A program made the position numbers and the translations under genes. From an uncultured bacterium (GTDB taxonomy: Bacteria; Patescibacteriota; Minisyncoccia; Phycocordibacterales; UBA11359), in contig CAIKZC010000003.1 of assembly GCA_903831815.1 (NCBI GenBank), positions 1-47,926 of the forward strand: a stretch of DNA of 47,926 nt. The letters are read 5' to 3'. The notes below the pieces were generated by a model. That model had not been told where the DNA came from and did not search any database. It worked only from the letters and a program-made list of their open reading frames with translations. This document shows positions 6,119-15,871 of this stretch, one piece after another. The first letter of the stretch is position 1, and each line of letters starts with the position of its first letter.

Positions 6119-8026
6119 ATGTCACATCAAGATGAAGAAAAAGTAACGTACTTTGCCGAAACCGACTCTCGAAATAAACGTGTACCATTTGGTATTAAGG
6201 CCAAGGATAGGACGCGTCATATTTACGTAATTGGAAAAACAGGTATGGGTAAGTCCACCTTGCTTGAGAATATGTGTATTCAGGATATCAATAATGGCAA
6301 TGGTCTATGCTTTATTGATCCACACGGTAAAACAGCCGAACTCTTTTTGGATTATGTTCCGGAGCATCGCATTAAAGATGTTCTGTATTTTGCGCCGTTT
6401 GACATGGATTTTCCGATTTCTTTTAATGTGATGGAAGATGTTGGACCGGATAAACGACACTTAGTTGTGAGTGGCTTGATGAGCGCTTTTAAAAAGATTT
6501 GGGTGGATGCCTGGTCGGCTCGCATGGAATACATTTTAAACAACACCCTGTTGGCTCTCCTCGAATATCCTGGTGCGACACTTCTTAGTGTCAACCGCAT
6601 GCTCGCCGACAAAGACTATCGCAAAAAAGTTGTTGATCATATTTCCGATCCGTCGATTAAAGCTTTTTGGGTTGATGAATTTGCCAAATACACCGAACGT
6701 TTTGCAGCTGAAGCGACTCCGGCCATTCAAAATAAAGTTGGGCAATTTACTTCCAATCCTTTGATTAGAAATATTATCGGTCAACCAAATTCGACTTTTG
6801 ATATTCGCAAGATGATGGATGAGAAAAAGATTATTATTGTGAACTTGTCCAAAGGTTTGGTGGGGGAGACCAATGCCAATCTGCTCGGAAGCATGCTCAT
6901 TACCAAAATATATTTGGCCGCTATGAGTCGCGCCGATGTCTCACAGCATATTCACAAATTACCGAACTTTTATTTGTACGTCGACGAGTTCCAATCTTTT
7001 GCCAACGAAAGTTTTGCCGATATTTTGTCGGAAGCCCGCAAGTATAAGTTGAATTTGACGATCGCTCACCAGTATATTGAACAAATGCCGGAAGAGGTAC
7101 GCGCGGCGGTTTTTGGTAACGTCGGTACGATGATTACGTTCCGCGTCGGTGCTTTTGATGCGGAAGTTTTGGAAAAAGAATTCGCGCCATATTTTGAAGC
7201 GCAGGATTTGGTCAACCTCGGTTTCGTTCAAATTTATTTGAAGCTCATGATTGATGGCATTAGTTCGCAACCATTTTCCGCTCGCACGCTCCCGCCGATT
7301 GACAAGCCGATCGTCTCTTTCAAAAAAGCTATCCTCGACAACTCACGTGCCATGTTTGCTCGACCGCGTGCCGAAGTCGAAGCTAATGTGCGCGATTGGC
7401 ATGATGATGGGCATTCGGTCAAAAAAAATCCGACTACTACCGCACCTATGCCCACACCAAAATCGGCAACAACTATCACGCCTAATTCAACGAATTATTC
7501 ACGTATTGCACCAGTCCACTCGACGCCTGTGGCGGCTCCCAAAGTTGCTCCAAATCCTATACTTCCAAAATCTCAACCGCCCGCTCCGGAAGTTAAAAAA
7601 CCAGATAATGCCGGAAATTCTGTTTCGCATCACCTTGCGGCCAATAATCATCAAAATAAGGCCTTTTTGAAGCCTGATGACGTTCAAAGTGCCATTGCAA
7701 GAGGCGATTTGGCCGTTGTTGATATACCACGAAACGGTGCTGTAAAGGCGCCCAAAAAAGTGGATGATAAAGGTCCAAAACCGGAAAATGTAAATGCATT
7801 GCGTAACGCTTTGTCGTCGGTGCTCAGTGAAATAAAGGAGAAAGAAAAGGGTAAGGAGACCAAAAACATTCCTGATATTTCTAAAAAGACAACTTCAGAG
7901 AAAAGAGACGAAAATCCGATAACTTCAAAAAAATCTTCAGACCATTCACAAAACCCACAATTAAAACAAGACAAAAAACCCAACGAAGTCCCTGAGGATG
8001 TTTTGAGAAAGATTCTTGATAATTAG
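6119..8026 (+). CDS. TraD/TraG/VirD4-like (type IV coupling protein-like) P-loop ATPase with long disordered Pro/Lys-rich C-terminal tail
   Basis: Walker A VIGKTGMGKST and Walker B-like FYLYVDEFQSF. LNLTIAHQY and GNVGTMITFRVG are typical of TraD/VirD4-type DNA-binding ATPases. The last ~230 aa are low complexity (P, K, S, N rich). No N-terminal TM segment. Confidence 0.8.
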   Translation: MSHQDEEKVTYFAETDSRNKRVPFGIKAKDRTRHIYVIGKTGMGKSTLLENMCIQDINNGNGLCFIDPHGKTAELFLDYVPEHRIKDVLYFAPFDMDFPISFNVMEDVGPDKRHLVVSGLMSAFKKIWVDAWSARMEYILNNTLLALLEYPGATLLSVNRMLADKDYRKKVVDHISDPSIKAFWVDEFAKYTERFAAEATPAIQNKVGQFTSNPLIRNIIGQPNSTFDIRKMMDEKKIIIVNLSKGLVGETNANLLGSMLITKIYLAAMSRADVSQHIHKLPNFYLYVDEFQSFANESFADILSEARKYKLNLTIAHQYIEQMPEEVRAAVFGNVGTMITFRVGAFDAEVLEKEFAPYFEAQDLVNLGFVQIYLKLMIDGISSQPFSARTLPPIDKPIVSFKKAILDNSRAMFARPRAEVEANVRDWHDDGHSVKKNPTTTAPMPTPKSATTITPNSTNYSRIAPVHSTPVAAPKVAPNPILPKSQPPAPEVKKPDNAGNSVSHHLAANNHQNKAFLKPDDVQSAIARGDLAVVDIPRNGAVKAPKKVDDKGPKPENVNALRNALSSVLSEIKEKEKGKETKNIPDISKKTTSEKRDENPITSKKSSDHSQNPQLKQDKKPNEVPEDVLRKILDN

Positions 8027-8028
8027 GT

Positions 8029-8826
8029 TTAACCTAAAATTATTCTAATATAAGCTTTGATTAATGCTAGCCAATAGTTAGGAAAATTGAATTTGTTTCG
8101 TTTTATTAATTTTAATACTATTTTATTCATTTCGGATTTGTGGCTTTGTTGAGCTCCGGATGAACGTTTCATGTAGCGAGTTTTACAGCCCTGAATATTG
8201 ACGATTTTTCCTTGCAAGGCAAGCTTAAGCCACAGATCGTAATCCTCAGCCAAATACATCGCGGCAAATCCGCCAACTTTTTCAAAGGCTTCTTTTCTGA
8301 ACATTACAGAAGACGTAATAAATTGATTGGAAAGTAATATATTTGCTCTAATGTCGCAATCATTCAATTTTGGTTTAAAAGTAAAAAGAGGACGATTGGT
8401 CTCGTTTACAAATTCTGTAACCGCTGAACCAACAATTACGTACTCAGGATTTTCGTTCAAAAATCTTATTTGATTTGATAGTTTGTTTTCATCTAGCCAC
8501 TCATCGTCGTCATCAAGCAAGGCGATCTTATTACCTCGAGCATTTTTGATGCCAAAATTACGAGCTAAACCCGGTCCGATGTTTTTTTCCAGAACTATAA
8601 CTTTCAAATAAGGTATGCTTTTAGCCATTTCTTGCGCGATTTTCACGGTATCGTCTGTTGAACCGTCAGAAACTACGATAATTTCGATATTTTTTTCGGT
8701 TTGCCTTTCAATGGAACCAATCGAGCGCCTTAGAAAACGTCCTCCGTTTTTGGTTGCAATAATGATACTAATTAAATTATTGTTCATTTGTTTGACTTTG
8801 TCGGTGAGCCAATTCGATTTGATCAA
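8029..8826 (-). CDS. Glycosyltransferase family 2
   Basis: ISIIIATKNGGRFL...IIVVSDGSTDDT and an acidic DDDDEW motif. An alternative start at 8787 (MNNNLISIII) would reduce the overlap with the upstream gene. Confidence 0.85.
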   Translation of the reverse strand: MIKSNWLTDKVKQMNNNLISIIIATKNGGRFLRRSIGSIERQTEKNIEIIVVSDGSTDDTVKIAQEMAKSIPYLKVIVLEKNIGPGLARNFGIKNARGNKIALLDDDDEWLDENKLSNQIRFLNENPEYVIVGSAVTEFVNETNRPLFTFKPKLNDCDIRANILLSNQFITSSVMFRKEAFEKVGGFAAMYLAEDYDLWLKLALQGKIVNIQGCKTRYMKRSSGAQQSHKSEMNKIVLKLIKRNKFNFPNYWLALIKAYIRIILG

Positions 8827-9727
8827 ATGCCCTGAATATATTTTCCAATGAATTCTTATAAGTATAGTTTTTTATTAATTCCTGTTGATGTTTGACGACA
8901 TCTATATATTCTTCTTTGGATAATTTTAAAATTCTATTGACCATTTCATCCATATTTTCGGAATATATATTGTATTCCTTCAATATATCATTGAATTTTT
9001 TAATGTTTGAAAATGCCAACTGTCCGAAGGATATGTTCTTGAACATTCGACACGGCAAGTAATTAACCTTTACTTGAATTTCTCCTCCAATCGCCGGCGC
9101 AATTCTTGATTTTCTAACAAAAAAACTATTCAGCCATTCCGGAATAAACCTTACTTGTTTGAATTTCAGACCATATTTAATTAAAACTTCCTTCAGTTTG
9201 TTTATTTCACCGATATTTCCGTGATTATTTTTATCATTCCAGATGCTGCCCACCCAATACACCGTTTTATTTTTATTAAATACGGGTTTTTTGAATTCCT
9301 CATATAATAGATGCGTTCCCCAAGGCTGCGAAAGGGTCTGAGTTTTGGAGTCGTAATAAGTCACATCGCCCCATTTTTGATCGGATGATTCTACATTGTT
9401 TGTATAAACACAAAGTTTCAACAAATACCTCTTATCTATTTTGTCGGTAAATATTTCTTTAAAATGATGCAGGCAGTAATATACTCCGTCCACAATAGGA
9501 AGATTATAGTCTTCAAATTTGGTCTTTTCTGGGACCATTTTCCCGACCATTTCTGCGGAAATAACCAAATCTCCTTTTTCGACAACGTGAGCATTCTCTT
9601 TTTCGTCTTCAACCCAGATAACCTTAAACCCGAGTTTCTGGGCGTTTTCATAAAATGCCTTGTGTATAAATCTATGGGTATGATATTTTTTTCTTAAGCC
9701 CCATATGACTATTTTGTTGTATTTCAT
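8777..9727 (-). CDS. Hypothetical protein in glycan locus (possibly a divergent GT-B-like transferase)
   Basis: 316-aa ORF, same strand and tightly packed with glycosyltransferases. I recognise no motif with certainty. Confidence 0.6.
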   Translation of the reverse strand: MKYNKIVIWGLRKKYHTHRFIHKAFYENAQKLGFKVIWVEDEKENAHVVEKGDLVISAEMVGKMVPEKTKFEDYNLPIVDGVYYCLHHFKEIFTDKIDKRYLLKLCVYTNNVESSDQKWGDVTYYDSKTQTLSQPWGTHLLYEEFKKPVFNKNKTVYWVGSIWNDKNNHGNIGEINKLKEVLIKYGLKFKQVRFIPEWLNSFFVRKSRIAPAIGGEIQVKVNYLPCRMFKNISFGQLAFSNIKKFNDILKEYNIYSENMDEMVNRILKLSKEEYIDVVKHQQELIKNYTYKNSLENIFRAFDQIELAHRQSQTNEQ

Positions 9728-9739
9728 GGTATTTAAGAC

Positions 9740-10753
9740 TTATTTTATATGTCTTCTGTAGTAATTCTTAAGTTTAGCATATGTGCCCTGGGGAAGCACT
9801 TTATGAAACATGTTGTTTATCATCGGAGTAAAATTTACGTATTTGAAGAATAAAAATTTTACTAAACCTGTCCTTAGGAGTTTGTATTTTATAGAATTGA
9901 ATTTTTCGGTATAAAGATCCTTATATGGTGAAAGTTTTAAGTATTTGTACCAAATATCTTCACAAGATCCCGGAAATAAATTGTTCCAGGGTTTACCGCA
10001 CGCATAATGGAAGATGTAAGTTTCCTCGATTTCTTTCCGGTCGATCGAGTTAAATAATCTATTGTAATTTCTTCCCATAAAGTTAGTAATTTCGGTATTA
10101 TTATATTTTTTATCTATAGGTTTGATTTTTCCATCAAATAAAACGTTTATAACATCTTGGTCTACCACCAGTAATTTATCGCCCAATGATTGTATGACTT
10201 TCTCCGCATTCTCGTAATTTAATATCAAATTACATTTTTTGACATCAAGAAGTATGACTCCCGTTTGAAAATATGGACCATTTGCGTTAAGACCCAACCT
10301 TTTCCTTGGTCCGACATTATCTTTTTCATATAACGCGCCCAAATAAAATTCTCCCAAATCGATTTCATAAAAATCATCGATTGGTTTATTGGCTACGATA
10401 TCGCAGTCCAAATAAAGTATCCTGTCCAAGTTTTTTGGCATCAACTCGTTGATCAAGAGTCTGTAGTAAGTTTCCTTGGTCCATCGGAGGGTCGGAGCGC
10501 TTGAAAAATACGAAGGATCGACATTTATAAAGAAAATATTTTGATTATAAATATTCGCCAAACTTCCGATCTTTTCTTTGCTCTCTTCGGATAAGTCTCC
10601 GGATAGGATATAAGCATTAATTTTTATCGGTTTATTCTGTAAATTTTCAAATACAGACGTTAAACATACGGAAAGAGGTAGGGCATAATCCGAATTACAG
10701 GACATCATGATGTTCATCTCTTTTTTCGTATTATGATGGTCTTGAGGTGCCAT
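9740..10753 (-). CDS. Glycosyltransferase family 8 (retaining hexosyltransferase, LPS 1,3-glycosyltransferase-like)
   Basis: SCNSDYALPLSVCLTSV, the DxD motif ILYLDCDIV, and YFQTGVILLD. Confidence 0.85.
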   Translation of the reverse strand: MAPQDHHNTKKEMNIMMSCNSDYALPLSVCLTSVFENLQNKPIKINAYILSGDLSEESKEKIGSLANIYNQNIFFINVDPSYFSSAPTLRWTKETYYRLLINELMPKNLDRILYLDCDIVANKPIDDFYEIDLGEFYLGALYEKDNVGPRKRLGLNANGPYFQTGVILLDVKKCNLILNYENAEKVIQSLGDKLLVVDQDVINVLFDGKIKPIDKKYNNTEITNFMGRNYNRLFNSIDRKEIEETYIFHYACGKPWNNLFPGSCEDIWYKYLKLSPYKDLYTEKFNSIKYKLLRTGLVKFLFFKYVNFTPMINNMFHKVLPQGTYAKLKNYYRRHIK

Positions 10754-10754
10754 G

Positions 10755-11504
10755 TTACTTTTTTATGAAAAAATCGTCGCACATGACCCTGGCAAAGTAA
10801 GTGTAATTATTCTTTTTTAAGAACGATCGAATTTCATTATTACCTAATTCTTTGCCGAGTCTAGCGCCAAAAAATGGGATATTTTTGAAACCAAGGTCAT
10901 TTTCCAGACCGATGACTGAGATATCGACTTTTGAAAAATCTAACCCTTTCAACACATTCATTTCGTACCCCTCAACGTCTATTGAGAGATAGTCTATCTT
11001 TTTCAAGCCGTGTTCGTTCAAAATATCATCTAAACGTCTTTGATCTACGGTTACCAGTTTACCGTCATTGTGGCATTTATTAAATCCTTGAACTCCGGAT
11101 AATCCGTGTTCCTCGGGCGTTCCTTCAATAAATAATATTTCTTTGTTTTCCGGTCCTGCCACAATTCCAATGCAAGGGGTCTTTCTTGCGTTTGTCCACA
11201 AATCGCGAAGTTTTTGCTGAGGTTCAATGGCAATCCCATTCCAACCGTTAAGTTCCAGAAGATAAGTATTATTTGATTCCGTAGGATGATTTGCACCTAT
11301 GTCCACAAAAGTTCCGCCATGTTTACCCTTAAAAATTTCGTTCAATACGAAAGAGTCTTGGCCGAATTGACTATAATGGGTGTTTTGAGATAAATTTCCA
11401 TCGTTAATAACTATTAGTTTACGATTCCAGGAGTAAAGTTTTATGGCATTTCGCATTATTTTTTTCCAAACTGTCTTAATTTTATTTCTCAATATTTTTT
11501 TCAT
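10755..11504 (-). CDS. FkbM-family SAM-dependent methyltransferase
   Basis: GTFVDIGANHP...NGWNGIAIEP and IDYLSIDVEGYE, typical of FkbM methyltransferases. Confidence 0.8.
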   Translation of the reverse strand: MKKILRNKIKTVWKKIMRNAIKLYSWNRKLIVINDGNLSQNTHYSQFGQDSFVLNEIFKGKHGGTFVDIGANHPTESNNTYLLELNGWNGIAIEPQQKLRDLWTNARKTPCIGIVAGPENKEILFIEGTPEEHGLSGVQGFNKCHNDGKLVTVDQRRLDDILNEHGLKKIDYLSIDVEGYEMNVLKGLDFSKVDISVIGLENDLGFKNIPFFGARLGKELGNNEIRSFLKKNNYTYFARVMCDDFFIKK

Positions 11505-11514
11505 AAATTGCCAT

Positions 11515-12582
11515 TTATCTAGCGGGTTCGAATAGTTTTTTTAATTTTTCTTCTACCGTTTCCTTTGAATATTCATTTTTTATCATTTCAATGCAAGCTT
11601 CATTGTGCGTTTTCATGAGCTTCGGGTCTTGCAGATAGGAAAGAATGTTTTCAGCTAATTTATTTTCGTCCGTAACGTCGTGGAACAAGGCCTTGTCCTT
11701 AAAGACTCCGGTAAATGACATTATCTTCGGCAAACATAGGGCGCATCCGCATAGTGCGGAATCATAAACGGCGACACATTGTCCCTCGTCAAATGATGAG
11801 TTTAAATATATCAAATTATCGTTAAGCTTGTTCGCAAGGTCTTTAAGTTCCACGAAACCGTAGAGAACGACGTTGTTGGTTAGTTCAAGTGTGCTTATTG
11901 TGGCGTTAAAATTCGGGTCCATGATCTGTCCGATAACGTTCAGTTTTATATCAGGTTTGGTTTTTTTGACGATAGCAAGAGCTTTTAAAATGGTGGAGAG
12001 ATTCTTTTTTTCCGTGACATTTCCAAAATAAACAAGATCTTTTCTATTTTGATTGTCATTCTTATAAAAATATTGTTGGGAGACGACCAATGGTACGACG
12101 ATCAACTTTTTCTCATCAATATTTTGCGTTAACAGGAAATCTTTCTCGGTTTGATTATTGAGCCTGACTTTAAAGAAAAATTTATAGACAAAATTTTGAA
12201 TTTTTTGTTTCAATCGGTTTCTCCTTTGCGGTTGTGTGTGTGCCATAAAAATAGCTTTTCTTGAAATGAAAGGCACGACGAAAGATTGCCATTCATAACT
12301 ATTTACGTAAAATGTGGTGCCTCTCCAAGCGTAGCGGATAACATCCCATAAATATCTTATGACGCCGGTATATTCGATCACTTCTATAACCTTGTCGAAA
12401 TGAGGATCTTTTTTCATATTTTCGGCGCTCCCTCGGACTATAGCGACAGGTTGGTAACCGAGTTCTTTGGCGATCAAGAGTGCATGCAAATGATAATTTT
12501 CCTCTGCGGAAAAATCATGAAAGTATTTGAAATATACCCAGATTATCGAAACAAAGTATTTTTTTGTGGGATTTTTTGACAC
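11515..12582 (-). CDS. Glycosyltransferase, GT-B fold (GT4/GT1-like)
   Basis: C-terminal half has NSSFDEGQCVAVYDSALCGCALCLP, resembling the E-x7-E region of GT4 enzymes. Located in the glycan locus. Confidence 0.7.
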   Translation of the reverse strand: MSKNPTKKYFVSIIWVYFKYFHDFSAEENYHLHALLIAKELGYQPVAIVRGSAENMKKDPHFDKVIEVIEYTGVIRYLWDVIRYAWRGTTFYVNSYEWQSFVVPFISRKAIFMAHTQPQRRNRLKQKIQNFVYKFFFKVRLNNQTEKDFLLTQNIDEKKLIVVPLVVSQQYFYKNDNQNRKDLVYFGNVTEKKNLSTILKALAIVKKTKPDIKLNVIGQIMDPNFNATISTLELTNNVVLYGFVELKDLANKLNDNLIYLNSSFDEGQCVAVYDSALCGCALCLPKIMSFTGVFKDKALFHDVTDENKLAENILSYLQDPKLMKTHNEACIEMIKNEYSKETVEEKLKKLFEPAR

Positions 12583-12594
12583 CTAATTTAGTGG

Positions 12595-13854
12595 TTATTT
12601 GCTAAGGAGATCTTTATAAAGTGTTTGATACTGATCGGCTATGGTTTCCCAAGTAAAGCGTTCTAACCAGGCTTGGTGACCTTTTTCAGCCATTTGGATT
12701 CGTTTATCTTTATCATTACACATTTGTTCCAATATTTTGGCTGATTCTTTTATTTTTGCAACTGAGATCAGGAACGGCGCGTAGGTTTTTCGACCGATAA
12801 CGAACGAGTAGATTTGGTTGAGTAAAAGCATTGGTTTAGAGATCTTTCTCATTGGAATTTTAACCGTCGGCAATATAATGCCGCTTCCTGTCCATTCGGC
12901 CATTTCTTTGCTATTTCCCACCTCGGTAGCGAGGAATGGCGTTTTTGCGGCTGCACTTTCTATTAAAACGATAGGGGAGCATTCGGTGTTGGAGGTAAAA
13001 AGGAAAAGATCTGCCTGTTGGTGCGCCGAAATGACATATGGTCTTGGTACTTCCGCGACGATCAAGTTTTTGTGATTAAATATCCGTTGCCAAGAATATT
13101 TCCAAAGTCTGCTTTTCATTTTGCATGACCATTCACAACCCCTTCCGTTGGAGTTTCCGAGAATAAGCAAAGTTGTATTTTTTATCCTTGCTTTTTTGAA
13201 TATTTTTATGGCTTCGGCATGGCCTTTTACTCCGGTATGGGAACCTATATCCAAAATCAATAGATGATCTTTTGGAATCGATAGTTTTTCTCTTATGTCC
13301 ATTTTCGCCGGAGTTAGGAATTCACCCTTGGCTGCACCGTTTGGTATTTGAACGATATTTTTCACATTTGATGCTCGGGCAAAATCGATATCGGCATAAT
13401 CGTTTGAATGAAAAACGACCGTGTCATATTGCTTGAGCCATTCTTTCATGGAATTGAAATACTCCGAGTATTTTTGGTCGGTGAGCGCCGAGAAACCTTC
13501 GGGCACAAGAATTTTTTTAGCTGTTATTTCTTTAAGCATCGGTAAAGCAAGATCGGTCGCCCAATGTTGCCCCATGAAATTTACTAAAATATCAAAATCC
13601 TCACGTTTTAGAAGTTCTTTATATCGAGCGATTTCTTTCGTATCCCCCTTAATTCCAACGACCATATTGCCGTTAATATTAAATTGTTCTATTTTTACGC
13701 CGTTAATAATCAGGTCTTTACGGTCAGGATGGAAAGTGGTGGCAACCGTCACTGTGTGCCCCAAGGCGACCATTCGTTCGGAAATTTGTTTGACTATTTC
13801 TTGCATTCCGCCGACTGATGGGAAATAAAATTCACCCGTATGTAAGATGTTCAT
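12595..13854 (-). CDS. Glycosyltransferase family 4
   Basis: N-terminus NILHTGEFYFPSVGGMQ and C-terminal SNTECSPIVLIESAAAKTPFLATEVG. Confidence 0.8.
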   Translation of the reverse strand: MNILHTGEFYFPSVGGMQEIVKQISERMVALGHTVTVATTFHPDRKDLIINGVKIEQFNINGNMVVGIKGDTKEIARYKELLKREDFDILVNFMGQHWATDLALPMLKEITAKKILVPEGFSALTDQKYSEYFNSMKEWLKQYDTVVFHSNDYADIDFARASNVKNIVQIPNGAAKGEFLTPAKMDIREKLSIPKDHLLILDIGSHTGVKGHAEAIKIFKKARIKNTTLLILGNSNGRGCEWSCKMKSRLWKYSWQRIFNHKNLIVAEVPRPYVISAHQQADLFLFTSNTECSPIVLIESAAAKTPFLATEVGNSKEMAEWTGSGIILPTVKIPMRKISKPMLLLNQIYSFVIGRKTYAPFLISVAKIKESAKILEQMCNDKDKRIQMAEKGHQAWLERFTWETIADQYQTLYKDLLSK

Positions 13855-13860
13855 GATATT

Positions 13861-14745
13861 TTATTTAACAAATGAAAAATATTTTTTAAATAACGCAATT
13901 GTTCCCAGACTAACCAACGTCAGTATTTGTTTCGGTTCGTTAGTAAGTATCTCATAAATAAGTGTTGATGTTTGAGAAAAAGTAAGTCCTTTCCAATTTT
14001 GTCTGATAAGTTGGACTTTCATAGCTACTGATTCGCTTTTATTTAACTTTATTTTATCTCTCAGTTCAAATCTATAGTCCGCTATCTTTTTATTTATCTT
14101 TTTCTTTGCCGACTCTGTGAGAGAAGTGCTATGTCTCCTGTATTTATATGGCGTAGCGTTGATGTAAGAATAACGAAATCCTTTTAAATAAGATCTTACC
14201 CAAAAATCATAATCTTCGATCAAAAATAAGGAAGTATCAAAACCGTTCAAAGATTCATGGACTTTCTTGCGATAAATAAACGATGCTCCGATTGATCCCG
14301 GTAAAGGAAATTCATTTGGTTTACCGACACGGCAGATCTCTATTTCGTTTCCATTTTCATCTATGGCGATGTAATCAGAATAAACAATATCCGCTCCGGT
14401 CCTCTTTATTTCCTGAATCATGAGCTCTAAAAAATCATTTTGAAGTATATTATCGTCACTAGTCCAAGTATAAAATTGTCCTATGGCTTCATTAAAACCT
14501 ATGTTGAGCGATGCTGGAAGTTTTTTATTTTCGTAATTTCTGATAATTTTGATGCGGGTGTCTTTTTCGGCATACTCTTTCATGGTCTCAAACGACCCAT
14601 CGCTGGATTTGTCATCAACCAAGATCAGTTCAAAATCCTGAAAAGTCTGCGTTAAACAGCTTTCTATGGCCAGTCTCAAATATTTTTCTCCATTATGTAC
14701 CGGCAGGACGATGGAAACGATCGGGTTTAAATTCTGGTTGATCAT
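13861..14745 (-). CDS. Glycosyltransferase family 2
   Basis: VSIVLPVHNGEKYLRLAIESCLTQTF.DFELILVDDKSSDGS. ATGA-type overlap with the wecB stop. Confidence 0.85.
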   Translation of the reverse strand: MINQNLNPIVSIVLPVHNGEKYLRLAIESCLTQTFQDFELILVDDKSSDGSFETMKEYAEKDTRIKIIRNYENKKLPASLNIGFNEAIGQFYTWTSDDNILQNDFLELMIQEIKRTGADIVYSDYIAIDENGNEIEICRVGKPNEFPLPGSIGASFIYRKKVHESLNGFDTSLFLIEDYDFWVRSYLKGFRYSYINATPYKYRRHSTSLTESAKKKINKKIADYRFELRDKIKLNKSESVAMKVQLIRQNWKGLTFSQTSTLIYEILTNEPKQILTLVSLGTIALFKKYFSFVK

Positions 14746-15869
14746 AATTTAATTTTTTTTAAATGTTTGAAAATTCTTTTACTTGCCAGCCCGTCTCCAT
14801 AAGGATTTTTTGAAGCTGACATTTTATTGTATTTTTCAGGATGTTGGAGGAGTTTTTTGACCTCTAAAAATATTTTATTGCGATTTGTTCCTACTAAAAT
14901 TGCTGTGCCGGCATCTATACCCTCAGTGCGTTCCGTGAAATCTCTCATGACCAGAACCGGTTTGCCTAAAGAGGGAGCTTCCTCTTGAATCCCGCCAGAA
15001 TCAGTCATGATTAGATACGACTTTTCCATTATCCATAAAAGTTGCGGATAATCCAAGGGTTCCAGTAAATGAATTCCGGGTTGACCGGCCAATATTTTAT
15101 ATGCCGGTTTTCGAATGTTTGGGTTGGGGTGAACCGGGAAAACAATCTCAACATCGGAAAAATTTTTGACGATATCTTTAATCGCCTTGCAGATGTTTTC
15201 AAAAGAATTGCCAAAACTTTCACGACGATGCGCCGTAACGAGGATTATCTTTTTAGAGAAATCGACGTTCGCGAAATCTTTATTGGAGACCATCTTCCCG
15301 TTATTTTTTAATATTTTTAATCCCAATAACAGGGCGTCAATCGAAGTGTTTCCCACTTCAAAAACGTTTTTTGTTATTGATTCTTTAGCCAGTGCTTCCA
15401 CGGCTTTTTTCGTTGGTGCAAAATGATAATCGGCAATATGTCCGGCAATTATCCTGTTCATTTCTTCCGGAAATGGCGAATATTTTTGACCACTTCGCAA
15501 ACCGGCTTCAATGTGCACGACTTTGATTTTGCAATAGTATCCAACCAAAGCGCCGACAAATGCCGTGGTTGTGTCACCTTGGACCAAAATAATGTCCGGT
15601 TTATAATTTTTTACGATTTTCTCCAAATCTTTGATGATATCCGCGGTAATACTGAACAGTGTTTGGTCTTGTTTCATTACATGAAGATCAAAATCCGGAC
15701 GAATTTTAAAAAAGTGCAAGACCTGATCCAATAATTCACGATGCTGTCCCGTGACGCAGATCTTGAAAGTAAATTCCGGATGTTTCGAAGTTTCTTTAAT
15801 AAGAGGAGCCATTTTTATAGCTTCAGGTCTGGTTCCAAATATAAAAAGCAGTTTTTTGCGTGATTTCAT
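14742..15869 (-). CDS. wecB: UDP-N-acetylglucosamine 2-epimerase (non-hydrolysing)
   Basis: Motifs FGTRPEAIKMAPL, VQGDTTT and DSGGIQEEAPSLGKPVLVMR. Confidence 0.92.
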   Translation of the reverse strand: MKSRKKLLFIFGTRPEAIKMAPLIKETSKHPEFTFKICVTGQHRELLDQVLHFFKIRPDFDLHVMKQDQTLFSITADIIKDLEKIVKNYKPDIILVQGDTTTAFVGALVGYYCKIKVVHIEAGLRSGQKYSPFPEEMNRIIAGHIADYHFAPTKKAVEALAKESITKNVFEVGNTSIDALLLGLKILKNNGKMVSNKDFANVDFSKKIILVTAHRRESFGNSFENICKAIKDIVKNFSDVEIVFPVHPNPNIRKPAYKILAGQPGIHLLEPLDYPQLLWIMEKSYLIMTDSGGIQEEAPSLGKPVLVMRDFTERTEGIDAGTAILVGTNRNKIFLEVKKLLQHPEKYNKMSASKNPYGDGLASKRIFKHLKKIKL

Positions 15870-15871
15870 AA

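Noticed and set aside
8024-8031. Convergent stop codons only 2 nt apart (TraD-like gene and GT2 gene) with no terminator
   Set aside because: This is real but unremarkable in a very compact genome, and no structure is visible to interpret.
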